A DNA stretch of 64,000 nt from Selaginella moellendorffii (lineage: Eukaryota; Plantae; Lycopodiophyta), in NCBI RefSeq assembly GCF_000143415.4, contig NW_003314284.1, positions 1,572,434-1,636,433 on the forward strand, read 5' to 3'. Position numbers and translations under genes: made by a program. Of the stretch, positions 52,111 to 62,471 are shown piece after piece. Each line of letters opens with the position of its first letter. The first letter of the stretch is position 1. Under the pieces are notes generated by a model. It was not told the DNA's origin. It was given only the letters and a program-made list of their open reading frames with translations, and ran no database searches.

Positions 52111-52494
52111 ACCTTTTAATTCTTTGAGTAAAAGTTAAACAGCCTAATGGATGAGAGCATCTTCAAATGCCTAAATACTCTAGTGACCTACTTCTGTCTT
52201 CATCACTGTTCAAGATTCCTAAAGAAAAACTTTGATTAATCTCTTTAATGCGTAGTGGGATGAAAGACTAGAACAAACTACCATAACTTAGTGTCCCTTC
52301 CTTCAGGAGCTGGAACTTATTTACCATCTTCACCTTTCACAGCATCAAGATCACCTACCTCTTTCTCACTACTTCTCATGTCCCCTTCACAAAAATTTCT
52401 GTGCTTTCTTCATTCTTGTCCATTTCCCTCCTGCACTTTACAAATTCCACTGCTTTTGCCATTGGAACTTACTCAGAAACTCTAGAAACATTTC

Positions 52495-53108
52495 TAGGAG
52501 ATAGATTGAGGAGAGGTTACTCTTGAGCTGGAGATAATTGTCTTGTATCGATCCGGCTCTAGCCACAGCTTCAGCAGATTTAACAGTACTCCACCTGGTG
52601 TACACCTTCGTGAGCCACCCTGTGTCATTTGGCCACCATTTTTCTCAATATTGTCTACCTTAAGAGAAGAAAGAAAGCCTAGTTAGTCCCTCTATTCAGA
52701 AAAGAGAGAAAAAGCCTCTTTCACAAGTTCGTTCACCATCTTCATCCCCAGCATTTCTACTGCCATTCCAACCACTTCATCTTGTTTAGATGTTTACACA
52801 CTGCGTGAAAAACAGAAAGGAAAAAAGATGAGAAACGAGAAATCCTGGAAGAGACAGAAGAAAAGAACACTGGAGTTCCCATCGGAAGAATCCTGTGCCT
52901 TCCTTCGTGACTGTGCCAATCTCTTCTTCTTGCTGCTTAGCTGCGCCTGATAAACAACGTGAAGAGCAAGAGAGAGAATAAGAGCAAAGACGATTATCCT
53001 ATGGTGCACGCGAAAAGGTCAGATCCACACAAACCAAATCAAACGCAGAACAGCCGATGTCGATCTTCCAGGCTTTGGATCAGTCGCCATAGACGCACTC
53101 TCCGCCAT
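52495..53108 (-). pseudogene. PHAX RNA-binding-domain-like gene, probably disrupted
   Basis: Exon-like blocks give VVGMAVEMLGMKMVNEL and VDNIEKNGGQMTQGGSRRCTPGGVLLNLLK, matching the PHAX RBD (GG...GSRRRTPGGVFLNLLK). Upstream exon joins are uncertain and there is an apparent frameshift. Confidence 0.55.
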
Positions 53109-53292
53109 TTCTTTCAAGTTTGGATAATAACATTAGAATGGAATTAAGATGATCGAAAACGTAATAAGCCAAGCCTTTTTAGCATTGGGTTACTGATCAC
53201 GGCCTATGTTCTTTAAATTTCACAAAAGAGAGAAAAGTTCCACTTCAAATTAGTGATATAGGCTCGCGCATTCACAACAAAAACCAAACTCT

Positions 53293-54037
53293 CTACTCCG
53301 CAAGAGCACCAGGAGCACTGGGCCCTCCGAAGCCACCACCACCGCGTCCAAACCCAGTTCTCGGCCCCTGCTACCCACAATCACACCCGAATCAGCCACG
53401 AAACCACAAAGAAAGAAATCGACCGTACCCTGAAAGAAGGTTGGAATTCTGGTGGAACTCCTCCCTTGTCCCCGAATCCTCCTCCTCGAGGGCCGCTTCT
53501 GTAGCCCTCACGATCGCCAAACCTCGGCCGGTCGCCCTCGTATCGTGGAGGACCTCTGAAAACAACAGGGAGAAAAGCTTAGAACTTCGAACTAGAAAGA
53601 GAACTACCATAAACTCTAAGAGAAACAAAGAGAAAAAACGAACCTCGGGGGCTGCTGGGGCATGGGACGCCCAGGTGGCCTCGCGGATTTCTTGAGCGTC
53701 GCGGGCACAATCTCCGACGGGAGATTCAAGAACGTCCGCAAGTACTCGATGCCATCGTTGGTGAGGTACCAGTAGTAGTACGTCCACGCGAACGATTCCT
53801 TGACATACTCCTTGGACTTGAAGCTCTGCATGAGCTTGATCACCTGGAGATTGGGGACATCGATCTCCGGGTGCTTGGGGAGATTGTAGTCCTTCTTGGC
53901 GTAGAGGACGCCCTCTGCGCCGAACAATTGGGGAGAAATCTCGGATTAGAAAAAAGGGAGAAATGCGCGAGCTAGATCCCCTCACCTTTGAACAGGTACT
54001 TGTACACCTCCACGCGGTTCTTCTTGGAGATCAACAT
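53293..54037 (-). CDS. RPS10: 40S ribosomal protein S10 (eS10)
   Basis: [17 protein letters not shown]|[38 protein letters not shown]...[28 protein letters not shown]. Exons approx. 54037-53986, 53914-53644, 53555-53429, 53367-53293. Confidence 0.97.
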
Positions 54038-54172
54038 CGCGGCGCCTCCTCCAGCCTCCGCGCAAGCGCCGCTATCTAGGGCCGGCCACACAAACCACAC
54101 AAGAACCCTAAAAGCCCCCCAGGAACCCTAGGTTTATAACAGTTATAAAAAGCTCCGTGAATTTCTCTGGCT
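54038..54172. promoter_or_regulatory. Bidirectional promoter with telo-box-like motifs and palindromic double TATA
   Basis: AACCCTAA at ~54103 and AACCCTAG at ~54124. Inverted repeat TTTATAAC-A-GTTATAAA at 54133-54149. Confidence 0.6.
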
Positions 54173-57109
54173 ATGGAGGATCCCAGCGAGGAGCCGCTAC
54201 TCGGGCAGCAGCAGGGGCAACGCGCAATTGGGCTTCTCAGAGCGTGGAGAATTCTCACCGCCTACAAGCGCGCAATCTCCATCGCGCTCGGCCCCCTGGC
54301 CGCGCTGCTCATCCTCCTCTGCGTCAAGATTCACGGCGATCGCGGCGGCCCCGCGTCGCGAATGCTGGCGATCCTGGCCTGGATCTGCATCTGGTGGGTG
54401 AGCGAGGCCATCCCGATCGCGATCACGTCGCTGGCGCCCCTCTGCCTCCTCCCGGCCATGGAGCTCGCCAGCGCCGACGACGTCGCCATGAGCTACATGA
54501 ACGACACCATCACCATCTTCATCGGCTCCTTCGTCCTCGCGCTCGCGGTGGAGCGCTACCAGGTCCATCGCCGCCTCGCGCTCCGGATGCTCCTCTTCTT
54601 CGGCGGATCCAAGATGGATCCCCGGCTGGTGCTGCTGGGATTCTGCGCAGGCCCGGCATTCGTCTCGATGTGGATCTCCAACACCGCCGCCGCGATCATG
54701 ATGGTCCCCATGTCAATCGGTGTTCTTCACAAGCTCGAGAGCGGCCATATCTCCTACATCCAGTCCCACTCGCTGTGCCCGACCTGTGGAGCCGAGGACG
54801 TCCAGCGCCTCGAATCGGTCCCTTCCATTCCATCCGGCAACCTTCCTCCTCTATCGCCCGCCGGGGGGGCCGAGGATGACGATCGCAAGAACAACAACTC
54901 CTCGAGGCTGTCCAAGCAAAACTCCTTCTTCTCCCGCGACTTCAACATCCATCTCTTGATGAACAAGGAGGAGGTCGCGGCGGAGGTGGCGCACATCGCC
55001 AACTTTGGCCGCGCGGTGGTGATGGCGATTATGTTCTCGGTGACCATCGGGGGCCTCGCGACGCTCACCGGGTCGAGCACCAATATGATACTCTCGGGGA
55101 TGTGGAGCCGGGAGTTTCCATCGGCCGCTCCCGTGACTTACTTGCAGTGGTTCTTGTTTGGCTTCCCCTTGGCGCTGTGCTTGCTGATCTTTTGCTGGGG
55201 GATGCTGTGCCTTCGCTACTGCCGGGCCGCAGCTGTTCCGGCCATCTCTCACTCGCTCAACCGCGCTAGCATCGAGGAGGAGTATACTTCTCTCGGTAAG
55301 CATTCTCTGATCGATGTCTTTCTTTTCGGATCAGGCATTGTTTCCTTGTTCCTCTTTCGACGGCGTTGTGTTCTTGCATACGAAGTCACGGTTTTGGCGT
55401 TGCTTGAGTTTGTTTCGAGTCGTTTTCTCTTTCTTCTTCGCAGCTTCATCCCACTTTCTCTGAGAGTTTATATTCCTTTGAGCTCATCCCTTTCATCCCA
55501 ATTGGAAGCGTTCTCATGCTCTTCGCTTTCCACACTTTGATGATTCTCTCAAAGCTGGGGCTTTTGCATTCAAGACTCTCTTGTTTGTTTTGTTTCCTTC
55601 TCCCGTGTAGCATCACTTGTCGCGTCTGGTCTTTCTTCAATGCATGGTACGTATGCTTCGATGCCGCGTGTCCTTGTGCAGATCCGGCATAAACATCACT
55701 GCTTCGGCGGCTTGCAATTGTCTAGTATCAAGATATTACCTTCCCAGCTTATATTATTTTCTGATCGTACTCTAATCGTCGTTTCAACGCTGCAGGGCCT
55801 ACAAGCTTTGCCGAGGCCTCGGTGCTAAGCCTGTTCGTCATATTGGCCGCATTGTGGCTGACGCGGTCACTTGGAACTGTGGGAGGATGGGGTCAGCTCT
55901 TCGATGGCTACGTTGGCGATGGCAGTGTCAGCGTAAGTAATCAGCTCAAACTCTCTAGTTGCCGCCGGCACCTCTTCCCTTTTCTTCCACTTTTTCTTTT
56001 CTCATTCCAATCTCTATCGATCCGTGGCGTGTTGTTGGTGTGGGGTCTTGCTGCTGGCTGCTATGATATTTCTCTCTTTCTTTTTCTCGCTTTTGTTTTT
56101 GTGGTTCCCGGTCGAATCCAAGGAAAGCGTGTTCTCGTGAAAGCTGACTCCTCGTTTGTCCCGTTTGCTGGATCGATCAGATTTTGGTGGCCACGCTTCT
56201 TTTCGTCATCCCCAACAAGCTCGCTCCTGGAGAAATGCTCATGGATTGGCCTAGCTGCAAGAAACTTCCGTGGGATATTGTCTTGCTCCTGGGTGGCGGT
56301 AAGCCCTGTTTTAAGCCTGACTCTAAGTCATAACTTAGAACTGGAGAGAACTAACCTTCCGAATCGAAACCATAGTCATGGTGACTATGATCGCGGTGAT
56401 CAAGCTTCAACCGCGATGATCCCAATCTCTATCTCACAGATGAGAGAACGCGCGGTACGTTGAGCTGACTAGCAAAAGGCTCTCTTCACAGAACTTGTTA
56501 TAATCCATAGACGTAGAGTCCTCGCTTTGATCATCGATCTAAAGCTTCTTCTTTTCTTATCTCTCAGGCTTTGCTCTCGCGGAGGGGATCGAGACGAGTG
56601 GATTGTCCGCGTGGATGACTCAAAACATGGGCTTCCTCAACTCGGCTCCATACTTGCTCGTCGCCCCGGCGGCCGGGCTGCTCGTGAGCATCACCACCGA
56701 GTTTACGTCCAACAACGCCACCGCCACCATCTTTCTCCCGCTGCTCGCCGACATCGCGCTCTCCATTGGAATCCACCCCCTCTACATGATGCTCACGGGC
56801 ACCATCACGGCATCCTTCGCGTTCATGCTCCCGATCGCCACTCCTCCAAATGCCATCGCCTTCTCCACAGGCTACTTGAGAATCGTTGATACTTTAACCA
56901 TGGGACTGGTGCTCAAACTCTTTGGCCTCGTCGCTATCTCGATTCTCATGCCAACTCTCGGTAAGATTTTTATTTTATTTGATCTTTTCGTTAGCTTTTT
57001 TGCGCACTTTTTCTCTTTCGTTTTCTCGCGAATTTTTTCTGACCATGTGCTTTGTATCTCTCGTACAGGAGCTCTCGTGTTTGGACTCAATCAGCCACTT
57101 TCAAAGTGA
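54173..57109 (+). CDS. TDT: Tonoplast dicarboxylate transporter (DASS/SLC13 family)
   Basis: Motifs [41 protein letters not shown] and [14 protein letters not shown]. Exons 54173-55295, 55796-55932, 56181-56298, 56568-56960, 57069-57109. Confidence 0.92.
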
Positions 57110-57514
57110 GAGAGTTTATACGAATCAAAGTATATAGCATCACATATGCTGTACGACATGTTAGGTGGCAGCCCCTGCGACCGGCTGCTCCCGGTCGCTT
57201 GCGCTTTTCGCCGGCGACCTGGACATTACGTAATAGAATTGCCTTCCGTTACGCTTCCGCATTTTAGTGGCCAGAGCACTTCCTTGGGCGGCTGTGTCGT
57301 TGGCGGAGAAGAAGAGGGGAAATGGGCGATGGTGCCGTGCTTCACTGTTTGTAAGTGGGAGGTATCTTCGCGGAGCACTGCGACGGTCATTCGTACGGGC
57401 GGGCGATCTTTCTAGCTCCACCGATCGCCATTCCAATCGGCACAGCAGCAGGATTCCAGTAAGAGCCCTAATCTCTCTTCTCTCCGTGTAGCAAGATCGA
57501 CTGGAGAGCCAGCG

Positions 57515-59217
57515 ATGGCGATTCCAGCGGTCAGCGCGTCCAAGATTGTGGTGCTGTGGCTTCTCCTCTCCTGGAATCTCTGCCTCGCGCACCAGCAGCA
57601 GTGGCAGCAGCAGCTCGGGTGGAGGCAGAAGAAGAAAATCTCCGGCCCCATCAAGACCGTGGTGGTGCTGGTGATGGAGAATCGCTCCTTCGATCATATG
57701 CTGGGCTGGCTCAAGAAGCTCAACCCGGAGATTGACGGGCTCCAGGGCAACGAGTCCAATCCCCTCTCCACCACCGATCCCGCGTCGCGAAAAATCTTCG
57801 TCGCCGACACGGCCGAATTCGTGGACCCCGACCCCGGGCATTCGTTCCAGGCCATCACCGAGCAGGTCTTCGGCTCCAACGACACCTCCGCGATCCCCCC
57901 GCCCATGAATGGATTCGCGCAGCAGGCCGAGAGCATGGTGGAGGGCTTCTCCGAGACGGTGATGAAAGGCTTCCGCCCGGAGCTCGTCCCAGTCTACACA
58001 GCTCTGGCGATGGAGTTTGCAGTGTTTGATCGGTGGTTTGCGTCCACGCCGACGTCCACGCAGCCCAACCGGCTCTACGTCCACTCGGCCACCTCTTATG
58101 GGGAGATTAGCAACGTGAAGAAGGACCTGGTGAAAGGATTCCCGCAAAAGACCATCTACGATTCCTTGGACGAGGACGGTCTCTCGTTCGGGATCTACTA
58201 CCAGAACATCCCGGCTTGCCTGTTCTTCAAGAACTTGCGCAAGCTCAAGTACCTGACCAAGTACCACAGCTACCGCGCGGCCTTCAAGCTCCATGCCCGT
58301 CTCGGGATGCTTCCAAACGTGGCGGTCATCGAGCAGCGCTACTTTGATCTGGATCTCACTCCCGCCAATGACGATCATCCCTCGCACGACGTCTCCGAGG
58401 GCCAGAAGCTCGTCAAGGAGGTTTACGAGGCGCTGCGCAGCAGCCCGCAGTGGAACGAGGTGTTGTTCGTGATAACTTACGACGAGCATGGCGGGTTCTA
58501 CGACCACGTCCCGACTCCAAACGTTGGAGTCCCGAATCCCGATGGTGTTTTGGGACCGGAGCCTGGCTTCTTTGATTTCGACAGGCTTGGAGTTCGTGTG
58601 CCGACGATCATGGTGTCGCCTTGGATCGAGAAAGGAACAGGTACTCTTTGTTTTATCGTTGTCATCCACTTAGTTTTTCTTCTGGCCCTTTGCAGTTGTC
58701 CATGAGCCAAATGGCCCGACGCCTACTTCACAGTTCGAGCACTCGTCACTGGCAGCGACTATCAAGAAACTTTTTGATCTCAAGTCGGACTTTCTGACGA
58801 AGAGAGATGCCTGGGCGGGGACTTTCGAGAGCGTTGTCTCTGGTCGCAGCAGCCCCAGAACCGATTGTCCAGGTAGAAATTCGTGAGAGACAAGTGGATT
58901 TTATTCTTACTGTGAGCTTCTTTTCAGAGACGCTTCCAACGCCTCCTTGGTCGCTTCGTCACAGGGCAGTGGATGAGGACGCGAAGCTGACCGAGTTCCA
59001 GGAAGAGCTGGTTCAGCTGGCGTCGCAGCTCAACGGCGACCATCGGTTGAATGGCTACCCGAATTTCGGGAAGGGGATGAGCGTCCGGCAAGCGAACAAT
59101 TACGTAGAAAGCGCGGTGAGGAAGTTCTTGGATGAAGGTCGGCTTGCTCTCAAATCGGGAGGACAAGCGGACGACACGACGATGTTGGATGTGAATATTA
59201 GAAAATCGACAGTGTAA
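57515..59217 (+). CDS. NPC1: Non-specific phospholipase C (NPC1/NPC2-like phosphoesterase), secreted
   Basis: Signal peptide, then [35 protein letters not shown] and RLGVRVP. Exons 57515-58640, 58696-58872, 58928-59217. The paralog number is uncertain. Confidence 0.92.
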
Positions 59218-59330
59218 AATCAAAACAATGGAATTAAACAATTGTTAATTATGTAGTTTTCAAGGATCGATTAAAAGCTGTAAATTTGACAGTAAATCAA
59301 ATAGTTGTTCTTGACAATTAATTCAAATAT

Positions 59331-60239
59331 TCATTTGATACAAAGACGATGGGTATGAGTATTTGTTGCCCACCATATTTCTTTTGATGGTTTAGATGAA
59401 TATATTACAAGATTACAATCATTCTGGACTGTTAAAAATGTAATAAACTTACAATGAGATAATTTAGAACAAAATTTATCAATAGACCATATTTTTTCTT
59501 CTAATGCTGAATATAATATAAGATTGCCATTTTTTTTCAACAGAAGTTTACAAAATCCTTGATAAGTTCTTGAATTTTTAGATATCCATATATTATTCCT
59601 TCCAGAGTATAATAAAAGTTTACAATCAGATGATATATAAAGTATATTTTTACCATTTGGAGATATTAAAAAGTGAGAAGTTAATAAATGATCTCTAGGA
59701 AATCCAGCATATAACGTACTATGAGTAACATCACAATTTTTATAATCCAAATAAGCTAAGGGATTTGTAAGAGTAATTTCAAAATCATTTTGTATATTAG
59801 TATTATTCCACCATTCATCAATAATATATCTAAGTCTATAATTACGACTTGTAATATCACACATGCTAGAACATGCATTGGTAATTTGATTTTTATATGT
59901 TCTTTTTATATACTGTATTCCAGATCTAATTGTACTACCACTAATTTTAGAATTAGATACATCACCTACTAGACAATTTGGTGGGTTTCCAATCATTCGT
60001 TCAAATAAAATCAGAGCAGACCCTCTACCAAAATTTATAGATTCCCAATCCTCATAATTAGCTGAATAATTATTATTGAATCTATCAATTCGTTGTTCAA
60101 TACTTAAAAATCCATTCTCAACAATTCTTCTAACTTCATTCTCTAATAGTGTATTATTAATTCCCCAATGTACTTTTGACGGCCACCTACCATAAACTAA
60201 CTCTAAAAACAAGATAGCTTTAATTAGAATTATTAGCAT
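59331..60239 (-). CDS. Secreted protein: unknown N-terminal domain + bulb-type (GNA) lectin domain
   Basis: Intronless 302 aa ORF with signal peptide MLIILIKAILFLELVYG. Lectin motifs KKNGNLILY, QNDCNLVIY and WATNT. About 25% GC by eye, between GC-rich neighbours. Confidence 0.8.
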   Translation of the reverse strand: MLIILIKAILFLELVYGRWPSKVHWGINNTLLENEVRRIVENGFLSIEQRIDRFNNNYSANYEDWESINFGRGSALILFERMIGNPPNCLVGDVSNSKISGSTIRSGIQYIKRTYKNQITNACSSMCDITSRNYRLRYIIDEWWNNTNIQNDFEITLTNPLAYLDYKNCDVTHSTLYAGFPRDHLLTSHFLISPNGKNILYISSDCKLLLYSGRNNIWISKNSRTYQGFCKLLLKKNGNLILYSALEEKIWSIDKFCSKLSHCKFITFLTVQNDCNLVIYSSKPSKEIWWATNTHTHRLCIK

Positions 60240-60354
60240 TGTTATTTATTAAAGCAAGCAATTGTAAATTCAATTATGTGTGGTTATAAAAATTTGTATA
60301 TATATAATCTCTATACATATTAATTCAATTGCTGAGAAATTGCATAGACATTTA

Positions 60355-60471
60355 TTGCACAATTAACCTAAAAACCCTAGCTTATGTACAAAAGTGAATA
60401 GTCCAGATTGAAAACTAACTCTATGGTTAATATTAGTATATGACATTATAGCTATACACTTGGTCCTCATA
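60355..60471. mobile_element. Decayed LTR fragment of the 28451-33999 gypsy family
   Basis: AAAAACCCTAGCTTA...GTCCAGATTGAAAAC...TAATATTAGTATA...TACACTTGGTCCTCATA is colinear with 28495-28625. Confidence 0.75.
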
Positions 60472-60747
60472 AGCCCAATTTATAATAAATTATACATTTA
60501 TTCTCTAACGATACTAACTATATGCATATGTAGTTCATTGTTAAATGACACAAATGCCCCTGTCTGGATGAGTGGTAAAATATGATTAAAGAGCAAGGTT
60601 CTAATGATAACATTTGGATATACTATTGAAATGAACTGGAATGACCAAAACGATCTTTTGAATGACGTCCGCGTTTGGGTGGCGACCCATGCACGTACAT
60701 GTCAAGGAGACTAACAGAGAGCACTTCTTTAACTAAAGTATGGACCA

Positions 60748-62247
60748 ATGCGCCCAGATCGAAACGCACTCGTCCGGCGGATCAAATCATGCAGCAGCCT
60801 GCCTGCAGCAAGGGAACTCCATTCGCGCCTCTGCCAATCGCTAGCAATCGACTGCGACGCCCATCTGGAAAATCTGCTCATCGAGATGTATGGCCGCTGC
60901 GGCAGCGTCAGCGAGGCACGGCGTGTCTTCGATGGGATCACGGCCAAGGACCACTTCACCTGGGTGCTCATGCTGGGAGCGTATGCCCGAGTCGGGCATC
61001 TCGAGGTCGCCAAGCAGATCTTCGACGCCATGCCGGACTGGAGCCTCATCGCCTCCACCGTGATGCTGTGCGTCTACTCCCGCCACGGCAGCTTCAAGGA
61101 ATCGAAGATGCTCTTTGACTCGATGCCGGAGGTTGATCTTATCTCCTGGACCGCGCTGCTCACCGCATTTTCCCGGCACGGGCATCTGGATCAGGCAAAG
61201 ATTGTCTTCGAATCCATGCCGGAGCAAAATCTTGTCACCTGGAGCGCAATGCTATCAGGCTTCGCACGCAATGGTGACGTGGGTTCCGCAAGTAAAACGT
61301 TTGCATTGATGGAGGAGAGGGAGCTCATATCTTGGAATGGTCTCTTATCCGCGTATGCCCAGAATGGGCATCTGGATAAAGCAAAGAAAGTATTTGATTC
61401 CATGCCCGAGCACAACCTTGTATCTTTTACCTCGATTCTCTACGCGCTTTCGCAACAAAATAGACTCGAGCAAGCTCAACACATCTTTGATTGCGCTCCA
61501 GAGAGAGATCTAATCCTGTGGAACGCGATCCTTGGTGCATACGCCCAGGCCGGTGATCTTCCCCACGCATCCCGCGCCCTGGACGCCATGCCCGAGCGCG
61601 ACCTGGTCTCCTGGACCGCGATCCTGTGCGCGCATGCCAATAGCGGCGATCTGGATCGAGCCAAGGAGCTCTTCGATGCCATGGATCACCGCGACCCAAT
61701 CCTCTGGAACACAATGCTCTCGGCATATGCCCAAAACGGGCAGCTCGCGGCATCCAGGGCACTCTTCGATCGCATCCCCGAGCTCCAGCCGGTGGCCTGG
61801 AACTCGCTTCTGGCGGCCTACGCCCACAACGGCCGCGCCACCGCCGCGATCGACCTCTTTCTTGCCATGACAATGATCCATCTCCCGGACGAGATGGCGT
61901 TTGCGTGTGTGCTGCTCGCATCCAGCCACGGTGGCGAGATTGAGCCCAGCATTGCGTGCTTTCGATCGATGGTGGCGGACTACTCAGTCAGGCCATACAA
62001 GCAGCACTACTGCAGCGTGATTGATTTGCTTGCGCGGCTGGGCCGGCTCGAGGAGAGCGAGGAGCTCATCACGAGCATGCCGTACAAGCCCGAGGTGGTG
62101 GACTGGCGATGCCTGCTGGGCGCATGCGCCCGTGGTCGAACCCTCAATCAGGAAAGAGGCGTGCGGGCCACAAAGAGGATTTTGGAGATTGATCGCCAGA
62201 ATGTTGGCGCACTTGTTCTAGCTTCAAGCCAAGGTTACAAAATTTAA
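60748..62247 (+). CDS. PLS-class PPR protein with many short S motifs, E-type truncated
   Basis: Intronless 499 aa ORF with ~31-aa repeats (AYAQNGHL..AK.VFDSMPE..LVSW), HYCSVIDLLARLG and WRCLLGAC. Confidence 0.92.
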   Translation: MRPDRNALVRRIKSCSSLPAARELHSRLCQSLAIDCDAHLENLLIEMYGRCGSVSEARRVFDGITAKDHFTWVLMLGAYARVGHLEVAKQIFDAMPDWSLIASTVMLCVYSRHGSFKESKMLFDSMPEVDLISWTALLTAFSRHGHLDQAKIVFESMPEQNLVTWSAMLSGFARNGDVGSASKTFALMEERELISWNGLLSAYAQNGHLDKAKKVFDSMPEHNLVSFTSILYALSQQNRLEQAQHIFDCAPERDLILWNAILGAYAQAGDLPHASRALDAMPERDLVSWTAILCAHANSGDLDRAKELFDAMDHRDPILWNTMLSAYAQNGQLAASRALFDRIPELQPVAWNSLLAAYAHNGRATAAIDLFLAMTMIHLPDEMAFACVLLASSHGGEIEPSIACFRSMVADYSVRPYKQHYCSVIDLLARLGRLEESEELITSMPYKPEVVDWRCLLGACARGRTLNQERGVRATKRILEIDRQNVGALVLASSQGYKI

Positions 62248-62471
62248 AAAATATTTTTTTCTAAAATTTGCTGTGACATCTTAGACTCCTTGGACTCACT
62301 TTCGGACTCGTTCATTGAATTGATAATTATAAAACAACCATTAAATGGTAGAATAAAATTAAAATATACCAGAAAGTGTTTTATAAATACAAAATTAATC
62401 TAAATGAATAACAACCGTCAGATGGTTAAACATCCCAAAATATTCAAGCATATTCCATTGGTTTGGTACAG

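Noticed and set aside
57161-58669. 502-aa minus-strand ORF
   Set aside because: Antisense shadow of the GC-rich phospholipase C exon, with no recognisable motifs.
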